Of a stretch of DNA of 64,000 nucleotides, positions 26,731-40,345 are shown in pieces. Made by a program: the position numbers and the translations under genes. The stretch covers positions 2,728,001-2,792,000 of the forward strand of contig NC_042997.1 of assembly GCF_006345805.1 (NCBI RefSeq), in the 5' to 3' direction. Source of the DNA: Octopus sinensis (taxonomy: Eukaryota). The notes beneath the pieces were generated by a model. The model was given only the letters and a program-made list of their open reading frames with translations. It searched no databases and was not told the DNA's origin. Position 1 is the first letter of the stretch. Each line of letters starts with the position of its first letter.

Positions 26731-26732
<2 letters not shown>
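25659..26732 (-). mobile_element. Non-autonomous PLE-like element with two direct terminal repeats (pLTRs), family P3
   Basis: Direct repeats at 25659-25888 and 26497-26732 flank about 600 bp of non-coding sequence. CGAAACGTA and CTGAAGAAGG motifs present. Bounded by (TA)n on both sides. Confidence 0.7.
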
Positions 26733-26811
<79 letters not shown>

Positions 26812-26815
26812 ATAT

Positions 26816-26849
<34 letters not shown>

Positions 26850-26874
26850 ATGTATGCATTTCTGTGTGTGTTTG

Positions 26875-27047
26875 TGTCTGTGTTTGTCCCAACACCACCA
26901 CCATTGCTTGACAACCGATGTCGGTGCATTTGCGTCCCTGTAATTTAGCTGTTGAGCAGAATAAGTCCAGGAGTCAATTTCTTCGACTAAAGGGTGGTGC
27001 TTCAGCATGTTTCAGATGACTGAAACAAGTATAAGAACAAAAGAATA
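26875..27047 (+). mobile_element. SINE family A, 3' half
   Basis: Matches 57770-57960 (TTGCTTGACAACCGATG...GACTAAAGG...TGACTGAAACAAGT). Confidence 0.8.
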
Positions 27048-27254
27048 CCAGAAAAGCGTTCCGTACCACTAAACCAAGAAGGCTTGGATTTGAATATGTG
27101 CGATGTATTGTAAGGTTAAAAAGTAATTCCGTTTACGTTTGTATAACGAAATTATTTTGCTTGGACCGTATAGTCATTGGTGTTACGTTACTTTCTATAA
27201 TCTATAACTGTCACAATATACTTTTCTAGACCTCACATTTTTGTGGAGAGCGGG

Positions 27255-27420
27255 CCGGTTGATTAAATCAACCACAGTTCATAACTGGTTCTTAATTTAA
27301 TGACACCGAAAGGACGAAAGACAAAGTAGACCTCGGCAGGATTTGAACTAAAGACGTAAATACAATCAATCATAATATTAGAAATATTTCTCATGGCACC
27401 AGCACGCTGTTTATAAATGC
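27255..27420 (-). mobile_element. SINE family C
   Basis: Reverse complement GTTCAAATCCTGCCGAGGTCTACTTTGTCTTTCGTCCTTTCGG. Confidence 0.65.
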
Positions 27421-27465
27421 TAACAATTTTTGTTTTCCGCGAATCTTTCACACGTCCAGCTCGTT

Positions 27466-27467
27466 AA

Positions 27468-27518
<51 letters not shown>

Positions 27519-27590
27519 CATCATCTTCATCATCATCATCACCATTACCATCATCGGCCTCCTCCTCCTCATTATTATTATTATTACACT
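27466..27590. repeat. (ATT)n/(ATC)n array
   Basis: Directly visible. Confidence 0.9.
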
Positions 27591-27739
27591 ATGTTCGATG
27601 GAATCGACACATCCCCTTTCCCAAAAATGCTGCCCTTGTGGTAAAATTTGAACACTTTATTCTTATTATTTGCATCTGAAAGCTCTCGTTTTCACTTGCA
27701 CCGATTAATTCTGTAAAAGCGTACAACTTTGTCAAACCC

Positions 27740-28130
27740 CTCATAGAGTCTGTCCCCACGCTACTTAGATTTTGAGAAGGTTTTACTCTCATGTCAATCC
27801 CAACTTCTCCAGCAAACTTCTACCACTTATAACAGTTACATTACCCACATTCATGCAATTCCAGTTTTTAGTAGCGTGTACATTTTAATGTTTCCATCGT
27901 TTTGTCAACCCTCGTGCACCTTCAGGTATGATAACATCTATAATATTGGTTTCCTTCTTCCTTTCATCCACTACAACAATGTCTGCTCTCGTAGCATCAA
28001 TCACTGAATGACACTCGATAGTAAAATCCCATAATATCTTAAACTCATTATTCACGCTGACGCCTACTGCTTTATGATCATACACTTTCGCTGACTTTTC
28101 AAATCCGTACATTCACCGGGGAGCAGACTT
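27740..28130 (-). mobile_element. R4/Dong-like REL endonuclease fragment
   Basis: ORF 27885..28112: KILWDFTIECHSVIDATRADIVVVDERKKETNIIDVIIP (WD..I...R.DI...IDV.IP). Confidence 0.85.
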
Positions 28131-28171
28131 AAATACGTTACCCTGTTTACTTTTCTATTCCCTCTAGGCCA

Positions 28172-28345
<174 letters not shown>

Positions 28346-28379
28346 ATATTATTACTTTATGATAAAAAACTCACAGTTT

Positions 28380-29320
28380 ATTTTGCTGGGTATTAACAAA
28401 AGTGTCAGATGTCCACAGCCAGGAGACTAAACTGACACTTGTTTACTGGTCTTGCTCCTAGAACCTTGCGAAGAATTCTTATCAATACTGATTTTTGTAG
28501 GTGTTCTACCTTCAAACTTCCACCAGTATTTTTCAACCCTGCTGGTTGTTGAGAGCTGACATTTCCAAGTGTGCCAATTACTATTGGTATCCCGTCTACT
28601 CTCATCATTAACCACATCCTGCGTATTTCCGACTTCAACTCGTCATACTTGTTTAAGTCTTTTTCTTTTCTTTCATCGTATTGTCATCAGGGCATGCTAT
28701 GTTGATTACCATGAAAGACCTTTCTTTTTTATTCCCTACAGCAATGTCTGATTTCCGATGTCTGATCAATTGATGTCACTGAATCATTCTATCCCACAGG
28801 ATTTCGCGCTTTTCATTGTCTGTAACTCCTTCGTGGGTTTGCGCATACCACGTCTATGCTCTTTGTAGGCAGTGATTTCCACAGAACTCCAAATGGATCA
28901 ATCTGGCTACATTGTCATGGTGTCTTTTCTATTCGCGTTGTGCTAATTTCAGGCATCTGCTGACAATGTTCCATACCGTTTCACCCTCTCACCACACATT
29001 CTGCATTTGTCGTTGTCGGTAATGTTGCCTATTACAACCGTCACATAGTGCTTAACGCTTATTCTTGAGCCGAGTACATGAGTGCTTCTGTCTCTGTAAT
29101 CTTTAAATCAGATTTCCTCATCCATAGCCACCGGTCCTTTGTATCTGTCTCGGCATTCACCTCCCATGCATATTTGTACATATTTCTCTATCAATTCTGT
29201 TTCTTGTTTTGCATTCACTTCTTCCGTAATCTTTTTTTTTTTTGCACAATTCTCAAGTTTCATGACGCCAGCCTTCTTCTTCCGCGGCGTTTTTGTATAC
29301 CACCTTAAACTGTGTCCTTT
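28380..29320 (-). mobile_element. R4/Dong-like non-LTR 3' fragment (zinc knuckle plus REL)
   Basis: Minus strand: WLWMRKSDLK..ETEALMYSAQE, KCRMCGE..ETVWNIVSRC (C-x2-C knuckle remnant), HDNVARLIH, EILWD, KYDELKSEIRRMW, IPIVIGTLG, LQKS..RILRKVL. Confidence 0.9.
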
Positions 29321-29386
29321 TTCTTCTTCTTCTTCTTCTTCTTCTTCTTCTTCTTCTTCTTCTTCTTCTTCTTCTTCTTCTTCTTT
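29320..29386. repeat. (TTC)n microsatellite
   Basis: Directly visible. Confidence 0.95.
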
Positions 29387-30372
29387 TAATTTGTTTACTA
29401 GTTGTTTACTAGAGATCCGAGCTTACGTCGCTGCTAAAAGTAGCACGCTACCATAACAATACGAAAGGTGCGGATACTGCCATTACCGCTTACATTAAAC
29501 AGCATCAACGTTAGTAATAATAGTTTAGGGATTATACACTTTCACTATTTCTTCTGTCATAAAACTAATGGAGGCTAAACTGAAAACTCAAGTATAATGT
29601 CGCATGTAACGCCTAGTATTAATATTATTATTACCTACATTCTTGCTAAAACTATATTTAACAACGGTAATGTGAATACTAGTAATACCACCAGGCATAC
29701 GCATAGCGTGAATATTAATTACTAACGCCAATTATACGTCAGCTAAAACATATTTCTTTGTCTCCTTCCTCTCCTACAATCTTGAAATTACATATCTTTC
29801 TTCCACTCCCATTTTACTGACAGCTTCACTTGACGCAACCGTCAGACCGTTAGCATCATCGTTATAATTTATTTTTTATTTTCATTTTTCCCTATCTTCT
29901 CTCACAACTGATATATTACGTAATATGTGTCTGCTTGCATCTCCGTATCGACTGCCCACTGCACATATCCCTTTTCTCACTTTCAGTTTTTTTTTGTTAT
30001 GGTAGTCACTGTCCTTCCTTTGATGTAGCTTCTTTAGAATACTTCACAATTTTTATAGCCAATTTATGTTATTTTCTTGATGCCTTTATGTAACAGCTTT
30101 TAATTAGTAACAGCAGTTCTGTAACATCACACTTCTTCCCGCATTCTATTTTCGCCACTTTAACCATTCCTTCAACGCTTCTTATCTCTTTTCCCATTGC
30201 ACTTATACATTTAGAAATATTGTTCTCTGCTAATCTAATTGTCAGAAACTTCAGATGAGGATAACATGATTTCCCATAACGGATGTGCCACCAAGTGTGC
30301 TACACCTATAATAACATTGCACATCAAGATATTCAATATTCGGAAAAGCCTTGATCACACAATTTGCTTTTA

Positions 30373-30374
<2 letters not shown>

Positions 30375-30450
<76 letters not shown>
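30375..30450. repeat. (TCTA)n microsatellite
   Basis: Directly visible. Confidence 0.95.
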
Positions 30451-30451
<1 letters not shown>

Positions 30452-30469
30452 TTACCATCAGTTTAAAGG

Positions 30470-30900
30470 CAGCAACTCCACCATCGTACTCTGAGGAAGC
30501 GAACAAGAAAAGCATGGATTGCTGGATTTGAAATAGAAACAAAACAATAAATTATTGTCAAAGCTCGGTAATGCTCAACAGAAATAATTGAAAAGGAATG
30601 GAATTTTACCGTTTTTTTCGTATGGAAATCCCTATCCATCAAAACAAGAAATTTACCAAGCTATATATTTACTCATAATTTTTCTCAATACAGTTTTATT
30701 TATTGGAAGTCCACCTGAAGATTGTCGATCAAGACAAGAAACAATTGTAGTGGCGGTTTTTTTGACTATTTATTAAAATTTTATGTATTGATTAAGTCTT
30801 TCCTTGTTTGTTTTGCAAAATAGTGGTTTTGTCTCTAATAATATTTTATAATATTTTACTATAAAATTGGATTTAATCCTAAATCTGATTTTTTCCCTGT
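30470..30900 (+). mobile_element. PLE 3' end, family P4
   Basis: A decayed C-terminus-like segment (GFEIETK...LNRN) followed by a clear hammerhead and an AT-rich tail. Lies between (TCTA)n and (TA)n. Confidence 0.55.
30711..30753 (+). ncRNA. Type I hammerhead ribozyme motif
   Basis: CCAC-CTGAAGA-TTGTC gatcaa GACAA-GAAA-CAATTGT-A-GTGG. Stem I 4 bp, stem II 5 bp, perfect palindrome ACAATTGT as stem III. GUA site; predicted cut 30749/30750. Confidence 0.75.
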
Positions 30901-31003
30901 AAATTTGGATTTATTCCCTAATATTTATTATTTATATATATATATATATTTATATGTATATGTATATTATATATATATATATATATTATATATATATATA
31001 TAT

Positions 31004-31073
<70 letters not shown>

Positions 31074-31077
31074 TTAG

Positions 31078-31114
31078 GCGCAGGAGTGGCTGTGTGGTGA
31101 ATAGTTTGCTTACC
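31078..31114 (+). mobile_element. SINE family A head (A box), interrupted
   Basis: GGCGCAGGAGTGGCTGTGTGG, identical to 57558-57578. The body resumes at 33179. Confidence 0.85.
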
Positions 31115-33178
31115 TCACTTACGCATGCTCGAGTTTGTCAGTCGCTTACGAGAGAGAACACTGGCAAGACGTGCTTGTAAGCCGTCTTGAATTAACGAAC
31201 CGTTGAAGGCACGACTGCAAGGTAGGCATCTGTCGTTTTAGGGATTCGTTGGGGAATTTTCATTTATTTGATATTGTTTATTTCTCGAATAAGAAATCCT
31301 CACTGGGTCCTAGACATTTGTCTGCTGCGGTCGCGCCGAGTGACTCAATTAGCTGTAAGAATCGTTGTTTTGGTTGGTGTGTCTCGACACCAAAATTTGG
31401 AAAATTTATAAATTCGTGGAGGAATTTTTTGTGCTGCGACGGTTAACTGAATACCTGTATTCTTGTGGATTACCTGAGTGGCGGAAATGTGTTGCTGTGA
31501 ATTGAACTGTCTTCGTTCATTCTTTTTGTCTACTCTGTCTTTCTGATCTCTTTCGTGTTTTTACTGGACATTTTTATTTGGAACATTTTGGAGTTTATGT
31601 TGAACATGTTTCTTTATTTTTTCTTTTGCAAGCATGGCAACAAAACAGAGAGAAAAAAAAACACTATATGGGAGTAGCAAATTGTGGCCCGCAAGCAGTG
31701 GGGGAAAATTTTAATGAGAGGACGGTGGTGTTGAGGTCATATTCTAAGTCCGTCAACACCATCACTGTGTTCTCTCAGGCGGACATTCAAAAGGAGTTGG
31801 CAGAATATCTGCCAACTATTAAATATATTGACAAGGGGTCTCAAATATGCAACTTTATGGTTGCTGTTTGACACCCTTGGGGAGGCTCGAGATTTTGCGA
31901 GTTAACCCTTGGAAGGGGAGAAAATTCTTTTTATCCCCACATATGGTGAAAGGAAATTGACAAGAGCTTCGGTTTGTGGGCTGCCACCCCGAATAGAACC
32001 CGAATGGATAGAAGACACTATACGTCGGGGTCTAGGTGGAAGCAGAGCTAAGCTCTTAAATGACAAAATTCTGCCTGCGGTTGATTTGGTGGGGTCGAAA
32101 GCAGTTTTGACCATGTGGACCAAATCAATCGATAATCTGGTTTTTCCAGATTTTTTGAGGATGGTCGGGCGCAGGTACCCGATGATTCTTGAGGGTCACA
32201 CCCTAGGTGTCATCGGTGCCTGTAGCCTGATCATATAAAGAAAAACTGTCCTCAGGAACAAAGCAAAGTCCTGGAGCAGTTGATGGAGACTTCTGTAGAA
32301 GAAGGAATGAAGACGGCAGAGGAGGCGGAGGACTCCTGAAAGAAGGGCCGCAAGAGGAAGAAAATGAGCAATGATGGGTGCTTCCCGAAGGATCCTAGGG
32401 ATGAAGGAGGGGAGGTGTATCTCCCGGTCACGGAGGAGACGAACCCTCCCCCATTTGAGAAGAATAAATGAGGAAAGAAAAGCAGGACTTTGCCGGCAGT
32501 CGGTGACATAGCATCGTATGTCCCGGAACATCGTCGGTGGTGCCACCGGCAAATGAAGAGACACCGTTCGCCGGAATTGTGCCGCTAACGGTAGAATCGA
32601 GTACCTCGACCCCGGAGGAAGACAAATTATTGATCTTCTTCTACAGAGGTAGAGAAGTAGAAAAAGTGGTGGAAAATCTCTATAAGGGAATACCTTTAAA
32701 TTTCACACGGGAACCCGAATGGCCTCCGCAGATAACTGTGGAGACCATAACCTTGCCCGTGATACGTAGGCTGGAGGGACTCAAAGAGGAATATCGCTTG
32801 TGGCCGGGCGACGCCTACTCGGAGCCCGCCTTGGTTTAAATGAGGTGTGGGTGATAGGGGTGTATACGAGCACAAGCGATGTTGGGGAAGAAAATTGACA
32901 AGAGTTTCAAAAGCCTCAGTGTTATAATGTTTAAGTGTGTAAGAGCCTCAGTGCCTCAATTTTTAAATGGACTATTACGTCCAATAATAGTAAAAGAGTC
33001 AATACCTGTTTCTTTTTTGCGTAAAAAATAATGTTTTAGAGAAGGAAAAAATCGGTGGGCGTTTTTTGTTTTCTCCCATTAATATAATTTTATTTCATCG
33101 TTCATCTCATCAATGTTTCTGTGCAGCCCGCAAGCTACTGTGTATCATACCTTTATGGCAAAATCTTTTGAAATACAG
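31115..33178 (+). mobile_element. Tx1/L1-like element retaining 5' UTR, ORF1 and a 3' region but no recognisable ORF2
   Basis: Gag-like ORF1 with CCHC knuckle. Flanked by near-duplicate TAGTTTGCTTAC (31102-31113) and TAGCTTGCTTAC (33179-33190). Confidence 0.65.
31634..32839 (+). pseudogene. Disrupted gag-like ORF1 (about 400 codons) with C-x2-C-x4-H-x4-C knuckle
   Basis: Joins ORFs 31578..31871, 31909..32238 and 32537..32839 across frameshifts. Knuckle CHRCL*PDHIKKNC at 32208-32249 with an in-frame TAG at 32223-32225. Confidence 0.7.
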
Positions 33179-33547
33179 TAGCTTGCTTACTAACCACATG
33201 GCTCTGGTTCAGTGCCACTATAGCCTCGGGCCGTCCAAAGCATTGTGAGTGGACTTGGTAGACGGAAACCGAAAGAAGCCCGTCGTATAAATGAATATGT
33301 ATATATATTTATGTGTGTGTGTGCGTGTGAGTATGTGTTTGTGTGTCTGTGTTTGTCCCCCCAACATCGCTTGACAACCGGTGCTGGTGTGTTTATGTCT
33401 CCGTAATTTAGCGGTTCGTGAAAAGAGACCGATAGAATAAGTACTAGGCTTACAAAGAATAAGTCCTGGGGTCGATTTGCTCGACTAAAGGCGGTGCTGC
33501 AGCATGGCCACAGTCAAATGACTCAAACAATTAAAAGAGTAAAGAGT
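33179..33547 (+). mobile_element. SINE family A body (continuation of 31078-31114)
   Basis: Colinear with 57583-57960 apart from an internal deletion of about 30 nt near 33220. Confidence 0.9.
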
Positions 33548-33764
33548 ATATATGCATATATATGTATATATGAGGGAGAAAGAGAATGAGAGAGAGACGC
33601 ACACATATATCCAGTAGATCATAAATCTGAAACAGAAGCCCACTCTAAATTATAGATCTGAAGAGTATATAGATAACGATAGATATAGCCGGTCTTGAAA
33701 ACCAGAGAAACCATGTACACCGGTCATATCTATCTTTATCGTTGTATTTGTGTATATCTATATA

Positions 33765-33826
33765 TCTATCTATCTACATATCTCTCTATGTATGTATGTA
33801 TGTATGTATGTATGTATGTATGTATG

Positions 33827-33875
<49 letters not shown>

Positions 33876-33955
33876 GTAAGTATATATGTATGTCTGTAAG
33901 TATGTATGTAAGTACGTATGTATGTATGTATGTATGTATGTACGTATGTATGCAT
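33765..33955. repeat. (TCTA)/(TATG)n/(TA)n compound microsatellite
   Basis: Directly visible. Confidence 0.9.
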
Positions 33956-36900
33956 ATTGCAGCGCTGGCATCAGCAATACAACATTTTAAGCGAAATTTG
34001 ATGAACGAAAGCCAGTTCTCTTTAATGCTCTTGCTTGAATAAATCTTAATCAAATGCTAATCTAACGCTAGAGCCTATCGTTTTCGATTTTGCATTCATG
34101 TCGTTCATTATATTCCTTATAGCGTTCCCAGGTGAGCACGGTAAGAAGGTTGTCTTCCTGTCAACTCATTCTGCAGGCAATAATTTGATTCTGTAAATGT
34201 GCTATGTGGTTGTTCCATCGAAGTTTTAGTAAAATAATTAGACATATGCATATTTGTGTTCTTGTATATGTATTTATGTATGTTGAATGTATAAGAAACA
34301 AAACACGCGATATATGTGCGTGGATATGTATGCATATATTTGAATTTAGAATTCATAGAGTAATATGCTATGGAATATCTTGATATATGTATATGTAGAT
34401 TAGATCATTAAAACGGGGGAGAGAACGGATGAAATTATCTTTGATTGTATAACGCTGGGTGAAGAACCTTTGGTTTGATTTGATGCATTGGGATCATACT
34501 TCTATCCATTATTGGTTACGTAAGAGATAAATGAAGACAGATCGGATATGCTAATTGATATTTATGCATAATTTACTCCTTCCAGCAATGATATTAATAT
34601 TTCATAATTTATATCGTTGTTAATAACTGAATTTATGATTCTTGCCTAATTGATACGTTTCAAATGCATCAAACCTAATCGAAATAAATGCTGATTAAAT
34701 ACACAATTGTGATTCTATATGAAAATTTGCAAGGTTTTTAAATACCATCCTCTCACTTAATAAATCCGTTGAATATGTATGAAACGTATTCAAATATTAA
34801 ACTTCCGAAATGAAAGTAAATATTTATAAAATGTAATTTGTGCGGTACATATCTTAAATTCCTATTTTAATATCGGTCACAAGTAAAAACAATGTGTTTT
34901 TGTATGAAATCAGGAGACAAAATGAATATAATTAAATATGAATTATGAATTATTGTTCATATCCCTTTAGACTGTGTATCACAAAATACTCCATATGTCC
35001 CGACTGTATTAAGTTACATTTTGTGAGGTTTATTAAGTCTAATTATCTACTCACACTTTGTGATATATTTATATGGCAAAAAGCACATTTTCTTAAATAT
35101 TTAAATTTAGGTTAAAAACTCTGGTTCTTTATCCTTTCAACATAATTGATGTACATAAAGATGAACTAAGGGGCATGGATAAATCAAAGCCAAGCATCGT
35201 AACAAGGGAAGAGAAATATGCATACTGAAAAGCTATGTCAAATAAATAAATTAAAAATCCAATTAACAGAGCAGTAATATTTTAGGTCTCAACAAATTTT
35301 TTTTTAAATAGGAAACGCTATATTTTCGAATAATCATCGTAACAAACAATCTAATGAACACGTAGAAATTCACATGCTTAAAAATATAAACACATAATCA
35401 AGAACACGAACGGAAAGAAAAATATATACACAGTAACCGATTTACATATCTGACGCGATAGCACCACCTATAAAGGATAGTTAATGATGTTTCATATTAT
35501 AGTCAATTTTGGGGCACCATAGCACGTTCGAGTAAAGCGTTATTGTTTGCAAAGCTATATACGGGTGTTAGTCATTTACATGGAATTTGTTTGGAGCTAT
35601 TAATCTAGAAACTTCCTGAATATAATGTGAATTTTCCTTCTATTTGTCTTGAGATGATGTTAAAGAGAGCATGGAGTGTTGAGTTGAAATAATTTTCTCT
35701 TAGCATTGTGATGTGACATAGGCATGGTTTTGTAGCGGACGGATAGCGTTGGGATCAAGTGTTAATGTTAAGAAGCATTATTGTAACTGAATAAGCAATT
35801 TTGTATACCCACTTGAATGTCAATGCATTTAATTAAGCCTGGTTTACAGATGTACAATAACAGCTGAGGATATTACTAATCATCCACTGTCTTTCAATTC
35901 CTTTGAAATTTGTCGATTTATATCGTATCAGTTAAAATTTAATATGGATTGTCAGTAATATGAGTGCTTCCTGAACCAATAAAGAATTGTTTTTCTACCA
36001 CCAAGTGCATAAAATAATCTATTCCATTAAATTCTGAAACTATCATTATAAATTTAAATTTCCCAAAAGGAAGGTCAGTTGGAAGGCCACGCTTCGATCT
36101 TCAAAGACAAGCTAAAAATAAAAAACAATATGAAGCGATGCATCATTCCATTCTCATCCTTGGAACATGAAGCATCATAGCGCAGATCAGAATTATGAAG
36201 TTGCGGCAGAGGAAATCTTGTAGTTGCCGTCAAATTTTATATTGTAAAAGTCATGATTGTTCAGTTTAATGTTAAATTGTTTTATAAATAATTTGTCATT
36301 ATACGTGTATTGTTACAAGACTATTGCTAAGTATATCTAATTGCAAAGGTATTCATTGTGACTGATATATAAAAAGTTAATCTACATTATTTCGAGATTA
36401 GCTGATGCACAGTCTAAAATATTTAATATAAATAGATATTAGGCACAGTAGGAATATATTCAAAATGTGATATCTTGAACATATAGAAGCTATGAGAGAA
36501 AGAGGGAATTGTTGGAATAATATATGCAATTTTGTACGCAATTATAAATATGGAAAACGAACATTAATATTGGTGACAGACAAATAACAAATGTCATAAT
36601 TTCAGTGTTAGTCAAGAAAAAGGCAAATTATTTCAGTGTCTCTACGTTCATCAGGAATCAAAATGGGAAGAATAAAGAAAAGATAACATATGTTTGTACC
36701 GAGTTGTCTTAGCAACAAATCAATGCACTGGGTCATAATAATATTGAGAGTACGTTATGACATACATAGATCAGACTTGGGATCCTAGACCAGTAAAAAC
36801 CGTAGGAAATTGACCAGGTGCCTATGCCTTACGGTGATGCTCGACCTTTGTGAAAGAAACTTTAATTATATAATCATGATTCTTGCGAAGTGTCTTGTGC

Positions 36901-38029
36901 GACAAGTATTTTGACACCTCATAAATGAAAATATGTTTAATTGTTTAGTGTATTATATTAAATGGCTTATATAGCTATGTAACGAGGAAATAACTATACT
37001 CATAAACATTAAGGTCCATTCACAATGTTTGACAATGCAATTAGAAGATAGATGCTTTGTTCTCACTCACACTAACGAAAGACTCATTAGTAGTTAGATA
37101 GAATGCTCCTCAATAATGAGGAAATAATAGAAATATGACAAATGGGAATTTTGTTTTATGTTAAACAACAAATAATGTTATAACGCATGTTTATTTTGTT
37201 ATGATGGTTATTAATATGACATATTATCGGGGCTTTTAGATTAGATATAATACACATATGTTAAATAGTTTTAGAGTTTCATATGAAGACAAAAGGAACT
37301 CGCCCAATTTCTTGCTGAACAAGCTACATTGTTCCGATATTCATTCTCTTACTGATAAACAAAACCAATAAAAAAAAACAGTAATTCTGTACAAAATATA
37401 ACACCACGTAGATATACACAAAGGATTTAGCAGATCTCAATATTAGCTCTATTTAAATGAACAAATCATAATGGGATGCATAAAGTGCTACAATTCCTTA
37501 TTGACAGAAATACAAATGTCAGTTACTCGTCGTCTTGTTTAAAATATATGAGATTACTCATATGAATTCGTCTTAACTCTAACAGAGATGAATCGTACAG
37601 AATTCCAGAGGTCAGTAAATGTCACATCTATCAGGTATTCAAGGGAAAAAAAAAATCGCTATATGACCCAAACAAAAACAAAGACTAACTCAACATACAT
37701 AACCGCATTTATGTATAATTATAGATACACACGGAAAGAAACAGCATTACCCACACTTAAACATTCACGCGCGCATATTGTGTCGAAGCTGATTATTCAT
37801 GGCAATTATATAAGTATTCGCTAGTAGTTTGAATGATCAGAAAGTGAGCCAATCCGTTGCAAGTTTCTGAATTAATCATATGCATCAAAACTCTACATTG
37901 AACAATTGCCGATTATGAAAATGGGCTGAAAACTAAAAGTTTAAAGGAGAATAGGAGAATATTATCAAACGAAATGAACAGCAAAATCACATTTCAAGTA
38001 GTAATTGGCTGATCAGAATCCCCTTAGAC

Positions 38030-38036
38030 ACATTTG

Positions 38037-38132
<96 letters not shown>

Positions 38133-38200
38133 CCCAGCCATCCATCCATCCATCTATCCATCTATCTTTCTATATATATATATATATATATATATGCATA
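38030..38200. repeat. (TCTA)n-(TCCA)n-(TA)n microsatellite
   Basis: Directly visible. Confidence 0.95.
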
Positions 38201-38450
38201 GAAATTTCGTCTCTTAGGGAAAATCTCCCACAAGCAACACGTATCACAATATAAGGTTTTTAATGGAATGACTTTATATATGGTCGAAGTAATTTAAGTT
38301 GACTTCTAGACAAGTATAGTACGTGGTCAGGTGTGGTAGAGTCATCCGTAGAATGAGGAATGGAAAAGAAGGAAAGACGAAAAGAAAGTGAGAAAAAGAG
38401 AGGGAAGGAGGGAGAAAGTAAAAATGGATATGCATGCATTGGTTGTTTAA

Positions 38451-38497
<47 letters not shown>

Positions 38498-38499
38498 GG

Positions 38500-39310
38500 T
38501 TAATAAAATAGAACATATGTATATATATAAACATATATGTACGTACCTACCTCTACATGTACATATACACGCATATATGTGTACAGGACACCAAAAAGAC
38601 GTCGAACACATAGAGAGACGAAACACATAGACACAAACCAAGGAACAAGACAAGCAAAAAAAGAGAGAGATACAGGACAATAAACACAACGAAAAAACCC
38701 CTTCTTCAGTCGCTAAGATTTCATCTACTAAACGTTTCGAAGGATAAAAGCGAGACGTATACTTCGAAGAAAAATTCCTTCCCGCGAAAAGCAAATCAAT
38801 TAAAATTCTGAGATCTTTTCGCAGAGGGGTAAAAAAAAGGCAAGACGGTAACGACAGTACAAACATATAAACAGTAAAAAATATATATATAAACAGTGGA
38901 AAAATAAATATATAACAGTGAGAGACAGGACAAGGAGAACAAGATAAGAAGGGCTGTTAACGCCAGACGAAAAAAAGTATTGCAAACGCTGGATTATCGT
39001 GGACGACGAGAGAGAGCAAATGTAGTCGACCAGTAGCCTTACAAGGCGGGCGAGAAAAGACAGGATAGCAGTTACGACGGAAGTATCGTCGCAGATGGAC
39101 GACGGGAATGGGGGAGGAGGAGCAAGAGGAAGAGAGAGAAGAAGGGGAATGGTGCGAGGAGACCATGAAGAATGGTGAAAGGGAGAGAGAGAATGAAGAA
39201 TGAGAGAGAGAGGAAGAGACAAGTTAAGTGAGGGAAAAAAAGACGAAAAAGGGAATGGGAGAGAAAGAAAGAAAGAAAGATGCAGAGTCGCGTGAGAGTT
39301 AATATCAAGG
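38500..39310 (-). mobile_element. Non-autonomous PLE-like element, family P3, diverged second copy with one pLTR
   Basis: Colinear with 25659-26450. Flanked by (TA)n on both sides. Confidence 0.7.
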
Positions 39311-39850
<540 letters not shown>

Positions 39851-40269
39851 GAATTAGATATGTACATAGATAGACACGCATAAGACGAAAGGAGCATTAA
39901 AAATCATCGGTTTGTCATTTCCTTGCTACCGAATGATATGGTCTCGCTTTACTTTAAACAAGTTCACAATTTCAGTTTAGTAAAACATTCAATTTGCCTT
40001 AAGTTAGTTGCCAGCATCTGTTAACTTTACTTAAATCTATAAACATTGGATATCTAACGCCTTGTGAACTTTTGAGAATGATTTAGAAATACAACTTGCG
40101 CTAATGCAAAACGAAATTTGTAAAGCTATTGCAAATGGTGGAGGATATGTAAATTTTATATATCTTCAAAATACTTTTTTCGATGCCCTCTATAATAACA
40201 TATTTTAAAAAAAAAAACAATTTGTACGGGACAATGAATTTTCAGAGTCTAGGAATATGCAAATACATC

Positions 40270-40345
40270 GCATGCAGCGTTTAGAGGGTTCTTATTTTAT
40301 CGACCACGAAAGATGAGACCCAATGTTGACTACGGTGGGATTTGG
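40270..40345 (-). mobile_element. Degenerate SINE family C fragment
   Basis: TTATTTTATCGACCACGAAAGATGAG..GTTGACTACGGTGGGATTTG resembles the family C core. Confidence 0.45.

Noticed and set aside
35600-36150. Possible very old PLE thumb/linker remnant on the minus strand
   Set aside because: No diagnostic motif could be read with confidence.
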